DNA of 64,000 nucleotides, from the NCBI GenBank assembly GCA_044892525.1, contig CM097885.1:211668001-211732000 (forward strand). Reading direction: 5' to 3'. Source of the DNA: Schmidtea polychroa (Eukaryota). How positions within the stretch are numbered: position 1 is the stretch's first letter; every line of letters starts with the position of its first letter. The notes under the pieces were generated by a model. That model searched no databases and was not told the DNA's origin. It saw only the letters and a list, made by a program, of their open reading frames with translations. The translations under genes and the position numbers were made by a program. Shown one piece after another: positions 8,291-18,669 of the stretch.

Positions 8291-10269
8291 TTTCATTTAC
8301 CCTTTTCATTTAATCTAGTTTCTTATTTCGTCTTCAACTAAATGAGTAAGATCCTTTAAATTTTAGATTTTTAAAAATTATAATATGAAAAGTGTTGGGT
8401 TTAATTTAAATGAATAAACAACAGTCAATTTCTCTGTGATTCATTTTGTTATTTATTGATAATGAATTAATTACAACTGTAATTCTGTTTAAAAAAAGAG
8501 AAATAGATCTCTAACGTTACTGAAATGTTTATTTCATGCTAATCAATGATGATAGCTAAAAAATACCGCAACGTAATATATGTAGGCAAATAAGGCACAA
8601 TTACGCTGAACTATGATGTAATAACATACCTCATTGTACCTAGATTTGCCCACCCACATTGATTTGTAAAATTACTAATCGATGTAAAGAATGCCACTTT
8701 CTTCAAAATGGTCTTTTCATTAGTAAATCACTGGTAGAAGTGTTTGGATGAAGATGGAGTTATATTGAAAAATGAATCTGTGCTTTTACCTTTATAGCTC
8801 ACTTGTAAATACAAAGTTTCATTGCAGTAACATATATATTTATATTTTAGGATAATTGGTTTGAATATAAATTTGTTTATGGATATAAATCTTGCTTTGG
8901 AATACATTTTGAGGACTTAATAGTTACAAATTATAATTACAATATTACTGCAACTAACCATTTTATTATTATTATCATATTAACTTTAACTCATCGTGCT
9001 CTGTTCTAATAACGGAGTGTTTTAGAAATAATAATTTCTTACCATTCCAATTCAATCCTGTAATCCTGAGGATATTACAGTGCTAAATCAAATCTGATTG
9101 GCAAATAACTTTTCAAGATTTTCGACTGGTCTTATTCGTTCATTATTTCGACCAATAGTAATAATCTGAGTAGAAATTACCGATAGCAATATTGTGATAG
9201 CTCCAATCAATCGTATTACGTTTTTTTTTGGAATAAACTGACAAGCTGGTAATTAAAGTTTAATTTCCAGTCGCGTTCTCTTCAGAAATCACGATAGGTA
9301 ATTTTTCACCTGCTGAATTTCCATTTCAAGATTGCCTGAATTGAATTTTTACTTCCCATTTCGTAATGAATAATGAATTTAATTTATATTTTCTTTTATT
9401 CTCCTACAAAATTGTTTTATTTAGTTATTGTTTTTAACGTGCTATCGGTTACCACTTTCCACCTGAAAAATATTGATTTTAGCTCTGAATTTTTTTCCTT
9501 AATTAAATTTTTTCGTTTGTGTTTTAATTATATTTTGATTATGTCTTTGTGATTATTTGAGATTTTTGAAAAATGATTATTATTGATTAATTATTGATTA
9601 TTATTATTAAAAATATTATCGTTAATCAATCACTGATGATTCGTATATATTTTCAATGTTTACAATACAATATTTAGCATTTCGATGTGATTATTATTAT
9701 TATTATTATTATTATATAGATTTTATTAAAGCTAAAACAGTAATGAATAAATTGGAGCATAATTATTTGCATTTTTAAACCTATATCATAAGTTATTATC
9801 AAATAGTTTTGATTAAACAGTTCAAAATATCATCATTGGGAGTTCAATATATTTTTGCAAATTATATTGAGCTCCTTCTCATTTGGATATGATTTCTCTA
9901 CAGCATTCTAGGTAGATTGTATTCTACATGTGGGATATTTGCTAGTAGAAATAGTAACCAGTAATAGCTTCTGAGTGCTTCTTGTCGTTGTTGTATATTT
10001 TTCTCAAAAACAGGATTTTAATTGGATTTATACTTGGATTAAGAGCTGACCAACTTAACTGTCTTATGGTTTAATTTGATTAAATGTTATTAGCATATGG
10101 TAAAAATTTTAGGACAAATAAACAAAAACGGCGATTAAACTCATCTAGATCTATTCGAAATTTAATAATGAACATACACAATTTCAGTATGTTAAGATTA
10201 CTAGAAGAGTACATTTGAGTCATAATATTTATTAATTTAACAATAATAATAAATCATTGTTGTCTAAGG

Positions 10270-10587
10270 CAGTCGTACTTAAAGTTATACGCACGAAGAA
10301 CCGACGCCGTTTTTGTTGACGATCGCGTACCGCAAACTTAAAGGACAAGCATTAACAAGAGCGACCTATTTTTTATGAGAATACCAAAGGGTTATAATCA
10401 CGATTTGTTTCAATATAACTGACAGCATCAGTTTTGTGTTTACGTGTGCAATTTGGTATGTTCAAATAAGTAACATTCGGATAATTTAACCTTTTTAAAT
10501 AAAAAAGATGAAAATAAAAAATAAATTTTTGACTCTTCCACCCACCGGTGATCAATAATCCACGGACTACCACGTTAAGAACCACTG
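10270..10587. mobile_element. hAT-type MITE
   Basis: Termini CAGTCGTACTTAA / TTAAGAACCACTG; 8-bp TSD GTCTAAGG / GTCTAGGG (7/8); same right end as the MITE at 58142. Confidence 0.75.
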
Positions 10588-10600
10588 GTCTAGGGCTACC

Positions 10601-12048
10601 AGTAGTGAGAAGTGAGGAGTATAAACCAAGCCAAATATAAAGTATTACGTAATATTTGTATGGGTACCCTAGGGGGTGGTATGGTGTTACACAATTTTGT
10701 AAAATTACATAATCACATATACAATGACGTGATTACATTTTTGGTTACGTAATAATCGGTTTTTAATTTACGTCATAATTGACCCCTCTTACGTAATAAT
10801 TGACCTTTAACCGCTACATCATATTTAACCTTTGACCCCTTACATAATAATTGACCTTTGACCTCTTATGTAATAATTATACTTCATTAGAGTAGTGAGG
10901 AGTATAAACCAAGCCAAATATCCCTGGAAAAAATTCAATACATTTTGATAGAGTAGTGAGAAGCGAGGAGTATAAACCAAGCCAAATATACAGTATTACG
11001 TAATATTTGTATGGGTACCCTAGGAGGGTGGTATGGTATTACATAATTTTGTAAAGTTACGTAATTATATATAAAGTGACGTAATAATTGTTTTTAATTT
11101 ACATCATAATTGATCCCCCTTATGTAATAATTGACCTTTGGCCTCTTACATCATATTTAACCTTTGACCCCTTACATAATAATTGACCTTTGACCTCTTA
11201 TATAATAATTATACTTCATTAGAGTAGTGAGGAGTATAAACCAAACCAAATATCCCTGGAAAAAATTTAATACATTTTGATAGAGTAGTGAGAAGCGAGG
11301 AGTATAAACCAAGCCAAATATACAGTATTACGTAATATTTGTATGGGTACCCTAGGGGGTGGTGTGGTATTACATAATTTTGTAAAGTTACGTAATTATA
11401 TATAAAATGACGTAATTATATTTTTGATTACGTAACAATTGTTTTTAATTTACATCATAATTGACCCCCTTATGTAATAATTGACCTTTGACCTCTTCCA
11501 TCATATTTAACCTTTGACCCCTTACATAATAATTTACCTTTGACCTCTTATGTAATAATTATACTTCATTAGAGTAGTGAGGAGTATAAACCAAGCCAAA
11601 TATCCCTGGAAAAAATTTAATACATTTTGATAGAGTAGTGAGAAGTGAGGAGTATAAACCAAGCCAAATATACAGTATTACGTAATATTTGTATGGGTAC
11701 CCTAGGGGGTGGTGGTATGGTGTTACATAATTCTGTATAATTTTATTATAGATATATATTTATTGAATTATAAACATATATAAGAAAAAGTCATACATAC
11801 ATTTTTGAACCCGAGTACTATAATGATGACAATGAATGTGATAAACACTCGGTNNNNNNNNNNNNNNNNNNNNNNNNNNNNNNNNNNNNNNNNNNNNNNN
11901 NNNNNNNNNNNNNNNNNNNNNNNNNNNNNNNNNNNNNNNNNNNNNNNNNNNNNNNNNNNNNNNNNNNNNNNNNNNNNNNNNNNNNNNNNNNNNNNNNNNT
12001 TGTTCACAACAATAAAAACTTTGACTATTTCACAATAACAACGTAAAA
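10601..12048 (+). repeat. Left TIR of element B, with three ~330-350 bp tandem units plus a partial unit (N gap 11854-11999)
   Basis: Units begin at 10601, 10952, 11284 and 11634; reverse-complement match to 24022-25104. Confidence 0.93.
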
Positions 12049-12092
12049 GGCAAATTATATTGATAAAAATTTTAAAAATTATATAAAACATT

Positions 12093-12284
12093 TTATTTCA
12101 AGTTAAATACATCTGTGTGGTATGCTTTACGCATTTCAGCTAATAAGATATGGACTGATTGATCTCTTTTAAAGTCGTGACAGCATGGACACCCATTGGG
12201 GCATGACAATCTCATAGAATCTTTGCAAACAATGCAATTTTCAATGCATCTAGTGTCAGACCTTAGAACCATATCGTAGTGCAA
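12093..12284 (-). CDS. Small Cys-rich hypothetical protein (possible Zn-binding); 5' end uncertain
   Basis: CIENCIVCKDSMRLSCPNGCPCCHDF; frame stays open ~110 nt further upstream without an ATG. Confidence 0.45.
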   Translation of the reverse strand: MHYDMVLRSDTRCIENCIVCKDSMRLSCPNGCPCCHDFKRDQSVHILLAEMRKAYHTDVFNLK

Positions 12285-12518
12285 CTCTAAAAGTTGTTCT
12301 ATATTAATACCTGTTAAACGAAATATTTTATTTATAAGTAACTCTGGTGCACAATAATCTATGGTATTATTCCTGGGTATAATTCTTGAAACTTCTTTAA
12401 AATTACTTCAAATAAGTAAACTAGATATAAAGATTATTAATTATAAATAAAAATATATTCTTTACCTTTTGACATTTTTTCTAACTACTAAAAACAAAAT
12501 CAATACAAACAAAATTAA

Positions 12519-12965
12519 TTAATTAATTAACATTTTAATTTCTGAGATAATGTTCTCTACATAGTGATTATAGTCTAAAGTTTTTATTCCAAGTAATACA
12601 ACCTTTCCGCTTGAAAATACATTAACACAAACTGGATTATACTTTTGAAGACGTAAGGCAGGAAATATTTCCGGTTCAAACATACATTTAGCTTTTTGTT
12701 GTAATTCGTATAAATTTATAAATTTACCGATATCAGCAGTTACTGTAATGGACTGAATTTGTAAATCTTGTATCTTATATTTCAAATCAACTAATTTAAG
12801 AGGTTGCTTGCATCCCATTATCCGACATCTACCCGACTTGAAAAATATAATTGGATACTTCCCACTTCTATCCACAACTTGTTGGGGTTTACCTAATGGG
12901 AATTTCATGTTTTTGACTAAACACTTACCTTTATAATTAATGTTGCTCAATAATAATGAAGTCAT
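12519..12965 (-). CDS. Compact TATA-binding-protein (TBP)-like protein encoded by the Maverick
   Basis: Two TBP-repeat signatures: SNIN...IIFFKSGRCRIMGCK and IQSITVTADIG..INLYEL......FEPEIFPAL.L....PV.VNVFSSGKVVLLGIK (compare TBP YEPELFPGL...LLIFVSGKVVLTGAK). Confidence 0.85.
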   Translation of the reverse strand: MTSLLLSNINYKGKCLVKNMKFPLGKPQQVVDRSGKYPIIFFKSGRCRIMGCKQPLKLVDLKYKIQDLQIQSITVTADIGKFINLYELQQKAKCMFEPEIFPALRLQKYNPVCVNVFSSGKVVLLGIKTLDYNHYVENIISEIKMLIN

Positions 12966-13039
12966 GTAATAAAATTTAAATAATTTTTATATACTTATAA
13001 TAATAAATTTAAACAAATATAAACAATAATATTAATGAA

Positions 13040-13678
13040 ATGAGATTAATTAAGATGGAATTAAGAAATGATGCCGTTTATCAAATTGTAGGTCCCAGTG
13101 GTAGTGGAAAAACTTTATTTGTTTGTAAATTATTACAATCGAATATGTTCAAATCAAAATTTAATAAAATATACTGGCATAAGGGAGCTGATGACGAGCA
13201 TGGTATGACACAAGATCAGTTTTGTAAATTAAAAATGAATATAATGAAGGGATTTGATAAAAATTGGTCATCTAGATTACATCAAGGTGATGCTATAATT
13301 ATTGATGATTTATATCAGGAAGCAAATAAAGAGAAAGATTTTAATAATTTATTTACAAAAACCAGTAGACATATCGGAGTAACGGTTATTTTTATAACAC
13401 AAAATTTATTTCATCAAGGCGGAAGTCATCGAACGCGTAATTTGAATGTACAATATTTAGTTATTTTCAAAAATCCTCGAGACGCAACTATAATTGATTT
13501 TCTCGCAAGACAGGCTTATCCTAATGATAGAAGATATTTAATTGAACCCTTCCAAGATGCAACAAAGATAGCACATGGGTATTTATTTTTCGATTTTACT
13601 CAACAATGTCCAGATGATTTACGTGTTAGAACAGATATTTTCAATGAAAAAGGTGTTACGATTTATAAACAAAAATGA
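13040..13678 (+). CDS. Packaging ATPase, element B
   Basis: GPSGSGKT, IIIDD, FTKTSRH, FITQNLF, YLVIFKNPRD, GYLFFDF.Q...DDLRVRTDIF (classic Maverick ATPase). Confidence 0.95.
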   Translation: MRLIKMELRNDAVYQIVGPSGSGKTLFVCKLLQSNMFKSKFNKIYWHKGADDEHGMTQDQFCKLKMNIMKGFDKNWSSRLHQGDAIIIDDLYQEANKEKDFNNLFTKTSRHIGVTVIFITQNLFHQGGSHRTRNLNVQYLVIFKNPRDATIIDFLARQAYPNDRRYLIEPFQDATKIAHGYLFFDFTQQCPDDLRVRTDIFNEKGVTIYKQK

Positions 13679-13700
13679 AATACATTATTATTATTTAAAA

Positions 13701-13838
13701 ATGTCATTTAAAAAAGTTATAGTTCAACGTGAAAAAGTTACAAAGCAGAAAGAAAACAAAAGAAATACTAAACGGAAAGAAAAAACTATAAATAAGACTA
13801 AAAAATCAATGAAAAAGAAGAGTTGGATTAAATTATAA
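13701..13838 (+). CDS. Very small lysine-rich ORF (45 aa), possible DNA-condensing peptide
   Basis: MSFKKVIVQREKVTKQKENKRNTKRKEKTINKTKKSMKKKSWIKL; a similarly basic ORF precedes the related fragment at ~36060. Confidence 0.35.
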   Translation: MSFKKVIVQREKVTKQKENKRNTKRKEKTINKTKKSMKKKSWIKL

Positions 13839-13869
13839 ACAAATTAATTAATAAAATACATCATTAACA

Positions 13870-14196
13870 ATGAAATTACAACGTAGCTTACCATATTTTA
13901 ACGCCTTGCTAAAGGCTCCAAATAATAAAAGGATGAGTATATTACAAGCTTTTCCATCATTTGTTATTGATGATTTACTCGAAGCTATTGTTAACATAGT
14001 TCGTGGTAATGTAAATATTAGTAAAGCTAAAAGGTTTGTATTAAAAAGACATAAGAAATCTCTTTTATCATTAGTTAACACAAAAAATCGAAATCTAATG
14101 AGAAAAATAATGTATAAACAACAAGGCGGATTTTTAGGTACATTAATTCCAATTGTATTATCGGCTATAAGCACAATTTCGTCATTAAATTCTTAA
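13870..14196 (+). CDS. Conserved small Maverick protein with C-terminal QxGG-FL hydrophobic tail (PW-like)
   Basis: L.E.IVNIVRGNV.IS....LKRHK..L..L and QQGGFLGTLIPIVL; degraded homolog at 36290-36600. Confidence 0.75.
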   Translation: MKLQRSLPYFNALLKAPNNKRMSILQAFPSFVIDDLLEAIVNIVRGNVNISKAKRFVLKRHKKSLLSLVNTKNRNLMRKIMYKQQGGFLGTLIPIVLSAISTISSLNS

Positions 14197-14280
14197 AATA
14201 TAATATCATAATGGGTGCTAAGAATTCATTACCGGATAAACATAATTTAGATTTAAATATATTAACATCATGTTGTAATA

Positions 14281-15403
14281 ATGAAGGAAACATTTTCCAA
14301 AAAGGTCAAATCAAAGAAGAAAATATTAGAGAAAAAACTCAAAACGATTTGGACAAACCCGAAAGATCCAGATGGTTTTGGTGGTGTAGAAAATCTTGCA
14401 AAAAGAGTAAATAAATCAAAGAAAGAAACTCAAAAATGGTTATCTAATCAATTAGCCTACAGTCTAAATAAACCAATATTAAAAAGATTCCCCACGAGAT
14501 CTTATAAAACATTTGGTGTTAATGATTTATGGCAAATGGATTTAATGGAAATGATTCCATTTTCAAAAACTAATAAAGGATACAAATATATTTTGACATG
14601 TATTGATGTATTTAGTAGATACGCTCGTGCTATCCCAACAAAATCTAAATCAGCTAATGACATGGCTGATGCATTAAAAACATTATTTGCTGACGGACAG
14701 CCTCGTAATTTACAAACAGATTTGGGTAAAATTATAAATTAAATAATTTTAATTAATTTTAAATTTAGGTAAAGAATTTTATAATAGCAAAGTTAAAGAA
14801 ATTATCAAAGGAATAAATCATTACTCAGTATTTTCACAATATAAAGCAGCGCACGTGGAAAGATTCAATCGTACTTTAAGAGATCGTTTGAAAAAATATT
14901 TTGTATATCAAGGCAATAAAACGTGGATAAATGTATTGTTGAAAATAATTTATAGTTACAATTTTTCACCTCATAGAGGAATAAATGGAATGAGACCAAT
15001 CGATATTTATTCAACAAATAATATTGATACTTGGATATCACAACAAGATAAATCAAAAACAAAAAAGCCGAAATATAAAGTAGGAGACCATGTTAGAATA
15101 AGTAAAATCAGTGCTTCTCCATTCATCAAGAATTTTGATAACAATTGGAGTGATTAAGTTTTTAAAATATCGAAAATAGATACTAATCAAAATCCGGTCA
15201 TGTACTTTATTACAGATAATGAAAACGATCAAGTCAGTGGCAAATTCTACGAACCAGAACTACAAGTCATTCCATCACCCACAATCTTCAGAATTCAAGA
15301 GATTTTAAAAACTAAATCGGACGGGAAATATAAACAATACTATGTGAAATGGCATGGTTATAAACATCCTAGCTGGATATCTGAAAACCAATTGATTAAA
15401 TAA
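14281..15403 (+). pseudogene. Chromodomain-bearing rve integrase of element B, with a 43-nt intron (14726-14768) and one nonsense codon (TAA 15155-15157)
   Basis: WQMDLM, LTCIDVFSRY, QTDL|G|KEFYN restored by splicing, VERFNRTLR, NWSD*VF (conserved E replaced by stop, same frame continues), YYVKWHGY...SWI chromodomain. Confidence 0.9.
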
Positions 15404-15408
15404 ATATT

Positions 15409-16431
15409 ATGAAGGAAAACCAGTTTTATATGATTTTACCTAGTAATAGTTGTCCTCTTATTTATCCTGATAATAATGCTAGTAATTTTAAAGTTGAATT
15501 TCAAAACCCAATTTATTTGAATGGGAAGTGGGAAGTAGCTTTGATTGATTTTACATTTGTGTATAATCATTTTCCGTATTACAGTAATTCATGGGTACAA
15601 TACGAATTTAAAAAATCATGCGAAGAAACTAAATACTTGAAAATTGATAATCAAAACAAAATCTTAGAAATTTTAAATTCTACATATAATCCAGATGTTG
15701 ATGTGTTCTTGGAAAGATATGAAAACTTAGTGATAGTTTGTCCACATGTTCCATTTAAAATATCATTTCTTGACACCAAACATGCATCTAAGTTTGAATT
15801 AAAAACCATATCAATCATTAGCAAAACTGACCATTGTTGAATTAAACTACCTAAATTTACTGAAAATAATATCATTGAACAAATTGGGATAACTATAAAT
15901 TATGATATCAAGACAAAATTCGAACATTATTTTGAAGATGAATTATTCTTAACTACTTTATCAGAGTTGCGAGGGTATTTAATGACAATTAATCCATCTC
16001 CATTTAAAGAAATACATCTTCAAAATCAAGAATTAGTAAAAATAACACTTGTAGATGATATTTCAAATATTACCTTTGATCAAAAATTAACAAAAGCTTT
16101 AGGATTAAAGAATCAAACTTATAATGAAAAAGACTTTGTTGGTGTGAAAATTCCAAAAATATTTAAAATTCATCAACAAATGTTTATTTATTCTAATATC
16201 ATTGAACCAATAAATGTTGGTGATGTAAGAGTTCCTCTATTAAAATCGATATGGATTAAAAGATATGAACAGGGAGAGGTTGTACAGTTAGAAATAAAGA
16301 ACCCAACGTACCTTCCAATTTCATCTTCATCTATAAACAACATTGAAATTAATATTCGCAACGATAGTGGAAATTTAGTTAAATTTTCAAAAGACACCAA
16401 AACACATTTAACACTACATTTTCGTAAAAAA
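15409..16431 (+). pseudogene. Minor capsid protein (PX/penton-like) with in-frame TGA at 15838-15840
   Basis: FYMILPSNS....YPDN.ASNF......PIYL.G.WEVAL and MFIYSNIIEP..VGD..VPLL, P.YLP......I.I.IRND.G..V.F, LTLHFR; both halves are in the same frame. Confidence 0.85.
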
Positions 16432-16833
16432 ATGAATAATCCTGATATTGTAAACTTTTATAGTAATAGTCAATCTGGTGGAGATTTACCATATTTTGTT
16501 GGTAAACAATATGGAACAGGTTGGTTAAAAACAATAGGTCGATTTGCTTTACCAATTCTTAGACGCATGGGTAATTTTGGTATGAAAACTGCACATGATG
16601 TAATAAATAACAATTCAAAAATTCTACCTGCTTTAAAATCAAATGTTTTATCTGAAATTAAACATTCACTACCTGATGTAATTCAACATTTGCCTACTGT
16701 AATTAATAAAGTATTTGATGTTTTTAATAAACAAGAGAATGAACAAAAAGGTGGAATGATTAAACGCAGAAAAACATTAAAGAAGCATATAAACAAAAGA
16801 ATGAAAGGCTTTGGAACTATATTCGAAAAATGA
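16432..16833 (+). CDS. PZ-like core protein precursor (in frame with the penton ORF)
   Basis: MNNPDIVNFY..SQSGGDLPYFVGKQYGTGWLK..GRFALPILR, basic C-terminus; QxGG motifs. Confidence 0.7.
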   Translation: MNNPDIVNFYSNSQSGGDLPYFVGKQYGTGWLKTIGRFALPILRRMGNFGMKTAHDVINNNSKILPALKSNVLSEIKHSLPDVIQHLPTVINKVFDVFNKQENEQKGGMIKRRKTLKKHINKRMKGFGTIFEK

Positions 16834-18056
16834 TTAGTGCAAAATCTGAATTATGTATTTTTGATAGACCATCACCTCAAGCAGTAATTGAACATGGTTC
16901 ATTTGAAGATATTTATCCAACGAATTCAATTACGGATACTGGTACCTCTTCAATTCAATTTTACATTAACGGATCTCAAACCGAATATTTAGATTTGAAT
17001 GATACTTTACTTTATCTTCAGTTGAAAGTTGTAAATAATGTAGGTGAAAATATTTCTGATGATTCTGTTGTAACTGCAAACAATTTCTTTTTCCAAACTC
17101 TTTTTAAAGAAGCTGAATTAATTTTTAATTCTATTAAAGTTGAAGGAGGAAATGATACATTTGCTCATAAAGCATTAATCGAAACCATATTAAATTACAA
17201 TCATGATACAAAACGTACATGTTTAGAAGGTATGGGGTACAGTGAAGATGATAATATAAGAAAAGCGTGGATTGCAAAATCTAAACCATTTTCATTATGT
17301 TCACCAATACAATTTGATTTTATGGATCAACCAAAATATTTATTACCTGGTGTTAGTGTCCAAATTAAATTGACGAGATCAAGTCCATCACATAGTTTAA
17401 CATGTACAAAAGTAGAACCTAAAATTGAATTATTAGATGCAAAATTAATGGTAAGAAGAGTTCGAGTTGAACCATCCGTTTTAGCTGGTCATCAAATTGG
17501 ACTTGCTTCAAGAAATGCAATTTATCCTTTGAGAAGCAAGGAAGTTGTCGAATTTTCGTTACCTACTGGATCTTCTTCTTTTTATAAAGAACAAATCTTT
17601 GGTGATCGGCGATTACCAAATTTTATCCTTGTAACATTTCAAAGAAATAAAAGAAATAATGGATCACTAACACATTCTTATTCAATGTACGACCACAATA
17701 ATGTAAAATCAATAACTTTATTGAAAGGAAGCGACTATCGTGAAAAATATAGTCAAGATTTTGAAAATGATAATTATAGTACAAGTTATATGCAGTCAAT
17801 AATTAGAAACATGGGTTACCTTAATAAGAATATTAATTGTGGAATTAGTATGTCTGACTTTAAAGAAAAGTATCCATTCTTTACATTTGTATTGGCTCCA
17901 GACTTTGATCTTAATCAAAGTCAATTGCCACAGCAAGGAAATTTAAGACTTGATATTAAATTTGGAACACCTCTAACAGAATCAATTTCTGTAATAGTCT
18001 ATGGCGTCTTTGAAAAAGAGATTCAAATTACATCCAATCGTACAGTACTAGTGTAA
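16830..18056 (+). CDS. Major capsid protein (PY, double jelly-roll), intact ORF
   Basis: KSEL.IF..P..Q..IE.G.F..IYP, EYLDLNDTLLYL.LKV, QPKYLLPGVSV.IKL.RS, RLPNFILVTF, FFTFVLAPD, GNLRLDIKFG.PL. Confidence 0.95.
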   Translation: MISAKSELCIFDRPSPQAVIEHGSFEDIYPTNSITDTGTSSIQFYINGSQTEYLDLNDTLLYLQLKVVNNVGENISDDSVVTANNFFFQTLFKEAELIFNSIKVEGGNDTFAHKALIETILNYNHDTKRTCLEGMGYSEDDNIRKAWIAKSKPFSLCSPIQFDFMDQPKYLLPGVSVQIKLTRSSPSHSLTCTKVEPKIELLDAKLMVRRVRVEPSVLAGHQIGLASRNAIYPLRSKEVVEFSLPTGSSSFYKEQIFGDRRLPNFILVTFQRNKRNNGSLTHSYSMYDHNNVKSITLLKGSDYREKYSQDFENDNYSTSYMQSIIRNMGYLNKNINCGISMSDFKEKYPFFTFVLAPDFDLNQSQLPQQGNLRLDIKFGTPLTESISVIVYGVFEKEIQITSNRTVLV

Positions 18057-18153
18057 ATAAAATTTGAAAATGATTGGCTTGAACTATAAACCAAATTAGG
18101 AAACAATAATTATTAAAGATGAAGTAAGAATTTCATTTTTATTACTTTAATTT

Positions 18154-18504
18154 ATTGATAATAGTTCTATTCACATTGAATACATAGGTCGAAGATTGTT
18201 CGGAGCTGAATTTCTTGGAGTTTTTCCATTAGATAAAATACCATATATTGATGTAAACAAGGCTTTAATTGTAAATACTCAATCTTGTAATCTCAAGGAA
18301 GAGCATTGGCTCGCAGTTTATGTGAAACCGGAAAAAATATATGCATTTGATCCCATGGGGTTTTATTATCCTCCTCTATTAATATCAAAACTTCAATCAT
18401 TGTTAATGCCAATTGAATATAATAAAATTCGCTATCAAAGTCCATTGACAAAAACATGTGGGCAACATTGTTTAGCGTGGTTGAAGTCAATGAAAGATCT
18501 TTGA
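18154..18504 (+). CDS. Adenain-like protease of element B; start codon probably mutated (ATT at 18154 in place of ATG)
   Basis: FLGVFP.D, IVNT....EHWLA, FDPMG, YQ....TCGQHC; no ATG in the open frame upstream of 18196. Confidence 0.85.
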   Translation: MDNSSIHIEYIGRRLFGAEFLGVFPLDKIPYIDVNKALIVNTQSCNLKEEHWLAVYVKPEKIYAFDPMGFYYPPLLISKLQSLLMPIEYNKIRYQSPLTKTCGQHCLAWLKSMKDL

Positions 18505-18669
18505 ATATAAGAAAATTTAATCAAATAAATATTATCTTGTTAGTTTGTAATTTTTTATGTCATTCTACTAGTAAATATAATTTAATGGTATGTGATTATG
18601 TGATTGGTTTCTTGAATTTTATTGGTTACTATTTTATTGAATCATTGTTGTGTAATATGTAGTATATAA

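Noticed and set aside
8600-9400. Possible minus-strand exon remnants
   Set aside because: Multiple stops in all frames and no recognisable motif
15155-15840. Alternative genetic code (TAA=Glu/Gln, TGA=Trp/Cys) explaining in-frame stops in integrase and penton
   Set aside because: TAA and TGA terminate intact genes in the same element (MCP, ATPase, PolB) and in host genes; single-base decay is simpler
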